Below, piece by piece: positions 38,563-49,550 of a stretch of DNA of 64,000 bases. The stretch spans positions 250,414 to 314,413 of the forward strand of contig JBGPIA010000003.1 of NCBI GenBank assembly GCA_041484665.1. Direction: 5' to 3'. Under the pieces are notes generated by a model, which saw only the letters and a list, made by a program, of their open reading frames with translations, ran no database searches and was not told the DNA's origin. Position 1 is the first letter of the stretch, and the number at the start of each line of letters is the position of its first letter. Source of the DNA: Candidatus Krumholzibacteriia bacterium. GTDB lineage: Bacteria > Krumholzibacteriota > Krumholzibacteriia > JAJRXK01. The translations under genes and the position numbers were made by a program.

Positions 38563-39125
38563 CAGCTGCCTGCGGGGAACAGATCGATCTGGGGCGGTGT
38601 GAGCGGCAGCCCCACCGCGCGCAGTACGGCTTCCACCCATCGCTCACGGGCCGTCGCGTCGAGGCGGTGGCACGGCACGCGGAATTCCGCCAGCAACTCG
38701 TCGAGCAGCGTGTCGATCTCGTGCTGGAACGAGATGCTCACATCGCGGGTGCCGTCGAAGGAAGGAGCCTGCAGGACGGGCACCTTGAACAGCCCGTCGT
38801 AGGTCCGCACCCACTCCGCCACCAGGGGGTCGAGGTCGGCGCGCCGGCCGAAGCGGTGGACGAGGTAGGCGTAGTTGTCGATCACCGAGCGGTCACAGAC
38901 CACGGCGCGGAAACGGCTTTGCGCGGCGATCTCCTCGGCGATCTGCGTGTGGAGGATCCAGGCCTGCGCGTCCACGGTCGTGTCCTGGTTGATGGGTAAG
39001 GGGCAGGCGCGCGCGACCTCCTTGACGATGTCCACGCTGAGATCGAGGCGCTTGAGGCGCGCTGCCAGGTCGAAGCACAAGGTCGTCTTGCCCACGCCGT
39101 GGGTGCCGATGAACGCGACCTTCAC
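38562..39125 (-). CDS. AAA_28 (NadR/TTD14-like) P-loop NTPase/kinase
   Basis: GTHGVGKTT, EVAR, CDRSVID and DGTRD. Confidence 0.8.
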   Translation of the reverse strand: MKVAFIGTHGVGKTTLCFDLAARLKRLDLSVDIVKEVARACPLPINQDTTVDAQAWILHTQIAEEIAAQSRFRAVVCDRSVIDNYAYLVHRFGRRADLDPLVAEWVRTYDGLFKVPVLQAPSFDGTRDVSISFQHEIDTLLDELLAEFRVPCHRLDATARERWVEAVLRAVGLPLTPPQIDLFPAGS

Positions 39126-39143
39126 GTGCGGCGCCCTCCCCGG

Positions 39144-40967
39144 TCAGGCCGTGCCGTGGACCTGGTCCAGCTTCTTGCGCGTGTCTTCGTCGGCCGCGCC
39201 GGTCGCCTCGAGGCCCTGGTCGGCCTGGAAGCGCGCCAGCGCTGTGCGCGTGCGCTCGCCCGCCACACCGTCCACGGGGCCCGCGTCGTATCCGAGGTTG
39301 TTCAGGCGCTGCTGCACGCCGCGCATCGTGTCGATCGGATCGAGATGGCCGATCTGCAACCGAAGCTCGTGGCCCTCGATGATCAGAGAGTAGACCCCGA
39401 AGCGCAGCAGCTGTGCGTCGAACTCCTCGTGCAGCTTGCCGCTGCCGTCGGTCTGCCCGGGCTTGGTGAACCCGCCGATCTTGAGCGTATACGGCGTGTT
39501 GCGTAGCGGCTGCCCGTCGCCGTCCTGGAGGACCAGATCGAGCTTCTCCTTGCGGGGCACCTCGACCTTGAGCGTGGTCGGCCCGTCCCCCTGGGACTTC
39601 ATCTTCAGCTCGACCTCGTAGGGGCACGGCGGAATCCACACCTCATCCCCCGCGCACACCACGTTGGGGTCGGGACGCAGCCGGCGTAGCGTCTCGTTGA
39701 GCGGGTGGTCGTAGACATCCTCGGCACCGCGGAAACCGTACGCGCGAGCGATGCTGGCCAGCCACTCCCCTTCCTTGACGACGTGCAGCCGCTCGCGCGC
39801 CGGCAGATCCTTGCCAGAGTCGCGCCGGATCGTAGTGCCCGCCCGCAAGCGCAACACGCAGGTGCTAAACGCCAGCCCCACGGCCTTGATCTTGCCCGCG
39901 GGGTCGGCCGTTCCGTCGCGCTCCTCGCCGTCGAAGCCGAAGATCGTGTACGGCACGCCGGGTACGGCGTGGCCGTCGGGATCCTTCAGCGTGACGTCGA
40001 GGATGTCCCCGACGACCAGGGGGTCGGACACCGCCCGGTAGTCGCCGGCGGATGCGTGGAAGACGAAGCGCGGGCGGCGTCCCTCGTCCTTGCGGTCGTA
40101 CGCGTAGGTCCATGCGGCGCTGGCCCGCCCCTTGGCCACCTTGCCCGTCAGCGTCTTGAGCGCGTCCTGCGGAGCCTCTTCGAACTCGCGGAAGACCTCG
40201 AGCTTCACGGCCGCGCCGTCGGCGATGCATGCGGTATCCACGACCGCCTCGATCTGCTGGTCGACGCCGGCCACGGGCACGCTCCAGTGCGCGGCATGCA
40301 AGCCCTTCAGGCGCAGCCGGCCAACGCCGTGGGGCTGGTTCTCGGCGCGCAGCTTCCCATCGCCGCCCAACTTGCCCGTCTTGATCGTGCCGTCGGGCAG
40401 CAGCAACTCGTACTCCTCGCCCGCGGCGGGCTGGCCCTTGGCGTTGCGGACCACGAACTCGATGAAGTCCTTTTTCTCCTGCGCCGCCGCTTCTGCCTTT
40501 CCTGTCCCACCGCTGCCCCCCTTCTGGGAGCCCTCGGCCGAGCCGCCCGCCTTGGAGCCGGCCTTGCTGGGCGGTCCTTCGATGAACACCGTAGCCGTCG
40601 TGGAGACGATCTGCCCCACGGGCAGGTCGGTGGGATCATTGCAGGTCATGCAGATGTCGCCCATGCGCGCGGCGGGCTTGCCGTCGATGAACACCGTGGC
40701 GCTGCCCATGAAGACCTTGCCCTGCATGCTGGGGGGCTTCTGGAACGGGCCGCCCTGGGGGATGTGCGGCGGGGTGCACATGGCGATGCTGTCGACGGTG
40801 GCGGCAGGCATGCCCTCGATCGTGACGTCGGTGCTGAGCGCCTGGAGAAGCGTGCCGTTGAACGGATGCGGCAGCGGCGTCGGTACGGGGCCGCCCGGCG
40901 TGGGAATCATGATGATGTGGATGTCGACGGCGAGCACCTTGTCGCCTTGTTTCGCGGCCGGGGGCAC
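39144..40967 (-). CDS. PAAR-domain protein fused to Ig-like repeats, LysM and PG_binding_1
   Basis: PAAKQGD..DIH..PLPHPF..GSATVFIDGKPAARMGD; LysM HVVKEGEWLASIA..PDPNVVCAGDEVWIP; PG-binding VQQRLNNLGYDAGPVDG..FQADQGLEATG. Confidence 0.85.
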   Translation of the reverse strand: MPPAAKQGDKVLAVDIHIIMIPTPGGPVPTPLPHPFNGTLLQALSTDVTIEGMPAATVDSIAMCTPPHIPQGGPFQKPPSMQGKVFMGSATVFIDGKPAARMGDICMTCNDPTDLPVGQIVSTTATVFIEGPPSKAGSKAGGSAEGSQKGGSGGTGKAEAAAQEKKDFIEFVVRNAKGQPAAGEEYELLLPDGTIKTGKLGGDGKLRAENQPHGVGRLRLKGLHAAHWSVPVAGVDQQIEAVVDTACIADGAAVKLEVFREFEEAPQDALKTLTGKVAKGRASAAWTYAYDRKDEGRRPRFVFHASAGDYRAVSDPLVVGDILDVTLKDPDGHAVPGVPYTIFGFDGEERDGTADPAGKIKAVGLAFSTCVLRLRAGTTIRRDSGKDLPARERLHVVKEGEWLASIARAYGFRGAEDVYDHPLNETLRRLRPDPNVVCAGDEVWIPPCPYEVELKMKSQGDGPTTLKVEVPRKEKLDLVLQDGDGQPLRNTPYTLKIGGFTKPGQTDGSGKLHEEFDAQLLRFGVYSLIIEGHELRLQIGHLDPIDTMRGVQQRLNNLGYDAGPVDGVAGERTRTALARFQADQGLEATGAADEDTRKKLDQVHGTA

Positions 40968-41071
40968 GGGGACTCCTTCTCCTCTGCGTCGGCGGCCGCG
41001 GGTGCGCGTACGGTCGCGGCTGCGGCGCCAGCGGCGCCGGGCGCGACGTCAGACCGCCCTTGCGCCCACCG

Positions 41072-44000
41072 TCAGACCGCCCTGCGGTACTGTCCGCCCA
41101 CCGCGTAGAGCGCGTGGGTGATCTGGCCCAGGCTGGCCACCTTCACGGTCTCCATCAGCTCCGCAAAGACGTTGCCGCCCTCGGCGGCCACCGTCTGCAG
41201 CCGGGCGAGGGCCGGGGTCGCTTCGGCCCGGCGCGGCGTTTGGAACGCGCGGCAGCCGGCGATCTGGCCCTCCTTCTCCAAGGGCGTGGCGCGGATCAAC
41301 TCGCCGGTCTCCAGCACTCCCTCCGGTCGGTCCGGATCGAGGAACGCGTTCACACCGATGATGGGCAACTCGCCCGAGTGCTTGAGCGTCTCGTAGCGCA
41401 GGCTCTCCTCCTGGATCCGACTGCGCTGGTACTGGGTTTCCATCGAGCCCAGCACACCGCCCCGCTCGCTGAGGCGGTCGAACTCCACCAGCACGGCCTC
41501 CTCCACCAGCTCGGTGAGCTCGTCAATGATCCAGGAGCCCTGCAGCGCGTTCTCATTGCGCGCCATCCCCAGCTCCCGCGTGATGATGAGCTGGATCGCC
41601 ATGGCGCGGCGCACGCTCTCTTCGGTCGGAGTGGTGATGGCCTCATCGTAGGCATTGGTGTGGAGGCTGTTGCAGTTGTCTTGCAGCGCCATGAGCGCCT
41701 GCAGCGTGGTGCGGATGTCGTTGAAAGCGATCTCGCGGGCGTGCAGGCTGCGGCCGCTGGTCTGGATGTGGTACTTGAGCTTCTGGCTCCGCTCGTTGGC
41801 GCCGTACTTGAGCTTCATGGCCGTAGCCCAGATCCGGCGGGCCACGCGCCCGATCACAGCGTACTCGGCATCGAGGCCGTTGCTGAAGAAGAAGCTGAGG
41901 TTGGGAGCCACGTCGTCGATGTGCATCCCACGGCTGCAGTAGTGCTCGACGTACGTGAAGCCGTTGGCCAGCGTGAAAGCGAGTTGGCTGATGGGGTTGG
42001 CGCCGGCCTCGGCGATGTGGTAACCGCTGATCGAGACACTGTAATAATTGCGCACGGCCCGGTCGATGAAGTACTGCTGGATGTCTCCCATCATCTTCAG
42101 GGCAAAATCGATGGAGAAGATGCAGGTGTTCTGCGCCTGGTCCTCTTTGAGGATGTCGGCCTGCACGGTGCCCCGGACGTTCTGCAGCGTCCGCTCGGCG
42201 ATGGCGGCGTAGACCTCGGGTGGCACCACGCGGTCGCCGCTGGTGCCCAGCAGCAGCAGGCCCGAGCCGTCGTGGCCGGGCGGGAGCTCGCCGCGGTACG
42301 CCGGAGGGGGGACGTTGCGCTGGGTGAACCACGCGTCGCGGGCGTGGCGCGCCTCGCCGGCACGGCCGTTCTCCAACAGCCACCGCTCGCACTGCTGGTC
42401 GATCGCAGTGTTGAGGAACATCGCCAGCATCATGGGCGCCGGACCGTTGATCGTCATTGACACGCTGGTGAGAGTATCGAGCAGGTCGAAGCCGCTGTAG
42501 AGACGCTTCAGGTCATCCAGCGTGCAGATGGAGACTCCGCTCTCCCCAACCTTGCCATAGATGTCGGGCTGGTGATCGGGATCCTCGCCGTAGAGAGTCA
42601 CCGAGTCGAAGGCCGTCGAAAGGCGCTTGGCTTGGTCGTGGCGGCACAAGTAGTGGAAGCGGCGGTTGGTGCGCTCGGGCGGTCCCTCGCCGGCGAATTG
42701 GCGGCGCGGATCCTCCTCGGTGCGCTTGAACGGGAACACGCCGGCCGTGAAGGGCCAGCGCCCCGGCAGATTCTCCCGTTGCAGGAAGCGCACGAGCTCG
42801 CCGTGGTCCTGCGTGCGCGGTAGCGCGACGCGCGGCACGCGGGTGCCCGAGAGCGTGGTGCTGGAGAGCTCGCTCACGATCTCGCGGTCGCGCACCTTGA
42901 CCGTCAGCCGGTCACCGGCGTAGTCCGCTACGGTCTTTTCCCACTCCTGCAGGTCGTGCGCCAGCTGCGGGTCGAGGCCGGCGCGGGCCTGCTCGATGAG
43001 CGCGTCGAGCTCCTTGGCTGCGGCCGACCCGTGGGACAGCTCCGCGCGCGCCTGGATCAATCGCTGGAGCCGTGCGGCGCGCCGGGATTGCTCTTGCACG
43101 AGCCCCGCGTGGGTGCGGACCGTCTCGGCGATCTCCGCCAGGTAGCGCACGCGCTGGGGCGGCACGATCTGATCGTGCACGTCGGTGGCCTGGCGCACGG
43201 ACAAGGACAGCGTGCTGGTCCAAGCGACGCCCGTGGTCTCGCCCACGGCGGCGAGCAGGCCCTTGTAAAAGGCGTTGACCCCCAGATCGTTGAAGCGCGA
43301 GGCCATCGTGCCGAACACCGGCAGCTCGCCGTCGGGCGCCGTGGCGGCCAGGCGCCGCTCCCGGCGCAGCTGCTTGCACACGTCCCGGAAGGCATCCTGG
43401 CTACCGCGCCGATCGAACTTGTTGATGACCACGATGCGCGCGTGGTCGAGCATCTCGATCTTCTCCAGTTGCGTCGGCGCGCCGAACTCGCTGGTCATGA
43501 CGTAGATCGGGACGTCGGAGATCTCCACGATCTGGGCGTCCCCCTGGCCGATGCCGCTGGACTCCACCAGCACCAGATCGTAGCCGGCCGCCTTGACCAC
43601 CTCGATCGCGTCGCGGATCGCCGCCGACAGCTCGCGATCGCTGCCGCGCGTGGCCAGACTGCGCATGTAAGCGCGGGCGTGGTGCACCGCGTTCATGCGC
43701 AGGCGGTCGCCCAGCAGCGCCCCGCCGGTCTTGCGCTTGGTCGGGTCCACCGACAGCACGGCCACGGTCTTGTCGGCGAAATCCAGGAGGAATCGGCGCA
43801 CCAGCTCGTCGGCCAGGCAGCTCTTGCCGGCGCCGCCGGTGCCCGTGATCCCCACCACCGGCACGACGTGCGGCGCACGCGCGCGGCGCACGCGGTCCAG
43901 GGCCGCCTGCAGCTCGTCGCGGCGCTGCGCCTGCGACTGCACCCGCTCGGCGAGGCTGATCAGGCGCGCCACCGTCCCCCAGCTCGGCTCTCCGGGCGGC

Positions 44001-44476
44001 ATGCCGTTGACGCTCGGCAGCGGTGTCGCGAAGTCGGTCTGCTCGAGCATGAACGAGACGATACCCTCCAGCCCCATGCTCCGGCCGTCCTGCGGGCTGA
44101 AGATTTTGACCACTCCGTAGCGTTCCAGCGCTCGGATCTCGTCGGGAACGATCACGCCGCCACCGCCCCCGAAGATCTTGATGTGGCCGGCGCCCTTCTG
44201 CTCCAGGAGGTCCTTCATGTACTTGAAGTACTCCATGTGGCCGCCCTGGTAGCTACTGACGGCGATGCCCTGAACGTCCTCCTGCACCGCAGCGTCCACC
44301 ACCTCGACCACCGAGCGGTTGTGACCCAGGTGGATGACCTCGGCACCGCCGCGCTGCAGCAGCCGACGGAAGATATTGATCGCCGCGTCGTGGCCATCGA
44401 AGAGACTGGCCGCCGTCACGAATCGGACGGGATGGGCGGGGCGGTAGATGGAGCCCTTCGTCATGCGCAATTCCAT
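41072..44476 (-). CDS. icmF: Fused isobutyryl-CoA mutase / GTPase chaperone IcmF
   Basis: B12-binding FDGHD..HLGHN, MeaB-like GTGGAGKS and INKFD, mutase RLSTAFDS, ISGYHIAEAG and HIQTSGRS. Confidence 0.95.
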   Translation of the reverse strand: MELRMTKGSIYRPAHPVRFVTAASLFDGHDAAINIFRRLLQRGGAEVIHLGHNRSVVEVVDAAVQEDVQGIAVSSYQGGHMEYFKYMKDLLEQKGAGHIKIFGGGGGVIVPDEIRALERYGVVKIFSPQDGRSMGLEGIVSFMLEQTDFATPLPSVNGMPPGEPSWGTVARLISLAERVQSQAQRRDELQAALDRVRRARAPHVVPVVGITGTGGAGKSCLADELVRRFLLDFADKTVAVLSVDPTKRKTGGALLGDRLRMNAVHHARAYMRSLATRGSDRELSAAIRDAIEVVKAAGYDLVLVESSGIGQGDAQIVEISDVPIYVMTSEFGAPTQLEKIEMLDHARIVVINKFDRRGSQDAFRDVCKQLRRERRLAATAPDGELPVFGTMASRFNDLGVNAFYKGLLAAVGETTGVAWTSTLSLSVRQATDVHDQIVPPQRVRYLAEIAETVRTHAGLVQEQSRRAARLQRLIQARAELSHGSAAAKELDALIEQARAGLDPQLAHDLQEWEKTVADYAGDRLTVKVRDREIVSELSSTTLSGTRVPRVALPRTQDHGELVRFLQRENLPGRWPFTAGVFPFKRTEEDPRRQFAGEGPPERTNRRFHYLCRHDQAKRLSTAFDSVTLYGEDPDHQPDIYGKVGESGVSICTLDDLKRLYSGFDLLDTLTSVSMTINGPAPMMLAMFLNTAIDQQCERWLLENGRAGEARHARDAWFTQRNVPPPAYRGELPPGHDGSGLLLLGTSGDRVVPPEVYAAIAERTLQNVRGTVQADILKEDQAQNTCIFSIDFALKMMGDIQQYFIDRAVRNYYSVSISGYHIAEAGANPISQLAFTLANGFTYVEHYCSRGMHIDDVAPNLSFFFSNGLDAEYAVIGRVARRIWATAMKLKYGANERSQKLKYHIQTSGRSLHAREIAFNDIRTTLQALMALQDNCNSLHTNAYDEAITTPTEESVRRAMAIQLIITRELGMARNENALQGSWIIDELTELVEEAVLVEFDRLSERGGVLGSMETQYQRSRIQEESLRYETLKHSGELPIIGVNAFLDPDRPEGVLETGELIRATPLEKEGQIAGCRAFQTPRRAEATPALARLQTVAAEGGNVFAELMETVKVASLGQITHALYAVGGQYRRAV

Positions 44477-44662
44477 GAAGGAGAAGGGGTTGAGCGAATC
44501 AGGGCGACTCGTACCCTGGCAGTCTAGTGCCTGGACGCGCCCCTGGCAACGGGACAGGCTCGCACCGGACCGGTCCCGCGGTGCGTGCGCGATCCTCTGC
44601 GCGGCGCGGTCCGCGCGGTGCGGTCGCAGTGACGCCGATGGCCGCCGCGGCGCGCCTCACCC

Positions 44663-45829
44663 CTACAGGAGGGTGGGGAGCTTTCGCGCGAGCTTGCGGG
44701 CGGCGGCGGTCAGCCCCAGCGCCTGCGCGTCGTCGAGTGTGGCCCAGCGCAGGTCGCCCCCGCGCGTCACGGTGCTGCGACCGCCGGCCACCGTCACGCG
44801 GTGGCCCACCACCGTCACGCGATGGCGTGTGATGGAATGGTAGATCGTGGCCAACGGCTCTCCCACCGTCCAGCGCGCGCCGAGCTCCCGGGACAGCTCC
44901 GCGAGCGTGCGTTGCGCGTGCGCCGGGTCGGCCGGGCCAGCGTGCCAGGCAGTGGTGGGCAGCTCCCAGAGCCCGGCGTTGTGGGCGCTCTGCGGGCGGC
45001 GGCGCCACAACAGCGCGTCGCCCTCACGCAGGACGGCCGCGTAGCAGGCGACTGCAATGGACGGCGGGCGTGGCGGTCGCCGCGGAAATGTCTCGGGCAC
45101 GCCGCTGCGGCGCGCGACACAGCTGCGCGCCCAGGGACACACCCCGCAGCGCGGCGCCCGCGGGGTGCACACGCGCGCGCCAAGCTCCATCAGGGCCTGG
45201 TTGAGCACGCTGGGACGCGCGTGCGCGAGCAGCGCTGCGGCGGCCGCGCGCACCGCGGCGGCGGCACCGCCGCGGGACGGATCGCTGTCGAGGGCGAGCA
45301 GACGGCTCAGGACGCGCTCGACGTTGCCGTCGATGGCCGCAACGGCCTCGTCGAAGGCGATGCTCGCCACGGCCCCCGCCGTATACGCCCCGAAGCCCGG
45401 AAGCAGGCGCAGGCCGGCCGCCGAGCCCGGGAGCCGTCCGCCGTGGCGGGTCGCGATCTGCTGCGCGGCCGAGTGCAGCGAGCGCGCGCGCCGGTAGTAG
45501 CCCAGGCCCGCCCAGGCTGCCAGCACGTCAGCGGGGGTCGCACGCGCCAGGTCGGCCAGCGTGGGGAAGCGCGTGAGGAACTCCTCGTAGCGCCGGGCCA
45601 CCACCTCCACGCGCGTCTGCTGGAGCATGATCTCGCTCACCCAGATCGCGTAGGGGTCGCGGCGCCGCCGCCACGGCAGGTCGCGCGCGTTCGCTTCGTA
45701 CCACGCAGCGAGCGCCCGTGCGAGCGCCTGCGCCCGGCGGCCGGCGAGGCTGCCCTCAGGGTGCCCGCGCAGGCTCCCGGCCCGGGTGCCACGGCGGCTG
45801 CCCACGAGGCGGCTAGCGCGGCGGCCCAT
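44663..45829 (-). CDS. mutY: A/G-specific adenine glycosylase MutY
   Basis: RDLPWR, SEIMLQQT, WAGLGYY, LPGFGAYTAGA, DGNV, Fe-S motif CTPRAPRCGVCPWARSC and a NUDIX-like C-terminus. Confidence 0.92.
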   Translation of the reverse strand: MGRRASRLVGSRRGTRAGSLRGHPEGSLAGRRAQALARALAAWYEANARDLPWRRRRDPYAIWVSEIMLQQTRVEVVARRYEEFLTRFPTLADLARATPADVLAAWAGLGYYRRARSLHSAAQQIATRHGGRLPGSAAGLRLLPGFGAYTAGAVASIAFDEAVAAIDGNVERVLSRLLALDSDPSRGGAAAAVRAAAAALLAHARPSVLNQALMELGARVCTPRAPRCGVCPWARSCVARRSGVPETFPRRPPRPPSIAVACYAAVLREGDALLWRRRPQSAHNAGLWELPTTAWHAGPADPAHAQRTLAELSRELGARWTVGEPLATIYHSITRHRVTVVGHRVTVAGGRSTVTRGGDLRWATLDDAQALGLTAAARKLARKLPTLL

Positions 45830-46721
45830 CGAACCCGTGCTCCCGTAGCCGTTTGGCCTGCTCGAGCTCCTGCGTCAAGTCGCGCGCCTGCTTGCGGTAG
45901 GAATCGTCGCGCGGCTCGAGGCTGGGCAGGGTGGCGATCTGGCGCAGCTGCGCCAGCGCGTCGCCGATGCGGCCCACCTTCCGCAGGGTGCGCGCGTACT
46001 CGAGATGGTGGTTGATCCGCCCGGGCTCCAGCGCGATGGCCCGCTCGAAATGGACGAGCGCCTGGTCCATGCTCGCTCCCGGCGGCAGCCCGCCGTAGAG
46101 GGCTTTGGCGGCCACCTTCTTCAACAACCCCAGGCTCGCCACCTCGCGATGCCAGCGCGCCAGGAGATGGTGCGCACGCGCGTTCTCGGGGTCCGCCGCA
46201 ACCGCCAACTGAGCTTCCCGCCCGACCGCCTCCGCGAGGTCGATCTTCTCCTTGCCGCCCAGGAACAGTGCCAGCCGACCCAGCGACGCGCCGAGATAGA
46301 CGTGGCCCCAGGCGTCGCGCGGCGCGACCACGGTCGCGCGGCGCGCGAGCGCAATTGCGCTGCGCGCGGCCTGCTCGCGTTGCGCGTCCGCCGGCAGGTC
46401 CAGCGATACGTCGAGGATGGCCATCGCCGCGCCGACGAGGGCCGCAACGCAGGTGCTATCGGGGCGGATGGCACCGACGAAGGCGGCGTACGCCTCGTCG
46501 TAGCGCCCGGCGCGCCAGAGTTCGTTGCCGCGCTGGACGGCCTCCGGCGCGCACGGCTGTGCGGAGTCGGCCGACACCGGGGCGGCGAGGGCGGCAAGGG
46601 CCGCGGAAGCTGCGAGGGTGGAAACGGCGCTGCGGCGCAGCCACAGGCGCGTGCGCAGCCGGCCGCGTGGCACGGGACCTGCGATTGACACCCCGGGAAG
46701 CCCCATGCTACGCAGCTCCAT
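45813..46721 (-). CDS. Secreted TPR-repeat protein
   Basis: Signal-like segment followed by TPR helices; the true start is probably downstream of 46721. Confidence 0.7.
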   Translation of the reverse strand: MELRSMGLPGVSIAGPVPRGRLRTRLWLRRSAVSTLAASAALAALAAPVSADSAQPCAPEAVQRGNELWRAGRYDEAYAAFVGAIRPDSTCVAALVGAAMAILDVSLDLPADAQREQAARSAIALARRATVVAPRDAWGHVYLGASLGRLALFLGGKEKIDLAEAVGREAQLAVAADPENARAHHLLARWHREVASLGLLKKVAAKALYGGLPPGASMDQALVHFERAIALEPGRINHHLEYARTLRKVGRIGDALAQLRQIATLPSLEPRDDSYRKQARDLTQELEQAKRLREHGFDGPPR

Positions 46722-46797
46722 GGGGCGAGCCTACGAGAGCCCCCCGGCCCTGGCAACGCGCCAACCGGGCCGCCACACAGACCCTGGGAGCGACCGC

Positions 46798-48596
<1,799 letters not shown>

Positions 48597-48600
<4 letters not shown>

Positions 48601-49493
48601 GCGCCACGCTTGGCGGCGCGCTGGCCTGTTTCTTCGTGTCCGATTTGCACGGCAGCGCGCATCGCTACGAGGCTCTGTTCCAGACGATCGCGCTGGAGCG
48701 CCCGGCGGCGGTGTTCCTCGGCGGCGACCTGCTGCCCCACGCGCTGGATCGGTCGCAGGCGAGCCCGGCGGCCGACGGCGGACCCCAGCAGGGCTTCGTC
48801 GCCTCAGTCCTGCTGGGCGGCTTCGCGCGGCTGCGCCACGCGCTTGCCGGCCGCTACCCCCGCGTCTTCGTCATCCCGGGCAACGACGATGCGCGCTGCG
48901 ACGAGCCCGTGTTCCTCGAAGGGCAGCGCCGGAACTTGTGGGAGTACGCGCACCAGCGACGGGCGCAGCTGGGGCCGCACGCCGTGTTCGGATACGGCTG
49001 CGTGCCCCCTACTCCGTTTCAGCTCAAGGACTGGGAGCGCTACGACGTGTCGCGCTACGTACCGCCGGGCTGCGTCTCCCCGGAGGAGGGGTGGCACACG
49101 GTGGAGGTGGAGGAGCACGAGTTGCGCACAGCGACGATCCGTGAGGACCTCGAGCGGCTGGTGGGGTGCGAGGACCTGGGCTCGGCCATCCTGCTCATCC
49201 ACACTCCACCCTACGAGACCTGCCTGGACCGCGCAGCGCTCGATGGCCAGAGTGTGGACCACGTGCCCTTGGACCTGCACGTGGGCAGCATCGCGGTGCT
49301 CCGCTTGATCCAGGAGCGCCAACCCCTGCTCACGCTCCACGGCCACGTGCACGAGTCGGCACGCCTCACCGGCGCTTGGAGGCAGCGCATCGGCCCCACC
49401 TGGTGCCTCGGCGCCGCCCACGACAGCCCGCAGTTGGCGCTGGTACGCTTCGACCCCGCCGACCCCGGAGGCGCTACGCGCGCACTGCTGTAA
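48597..49493 (+). CDS. Metallophosphoesterase (Icc-like)
   Basis: SDLHG, GGD, PGNDD, HTPP and LHGHVHE; GTG overlaps the upstream TGA. Confidence 0.88.
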
Positions 49494-49550
49494 GCCCCCA
49501 CGCCACGCGCGCACTGCCGCAGGCCGCTACGCCCCGCGTTCTGCGGTGGG

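Noticed and set aside
41072..44476. icmF next to PAAR read as the T6SS IcmF/TssM gene
   Set aside because: Name collision only: the sequence is the B12-dependent isobutyryl-CoA mutase-GTPase fusion.
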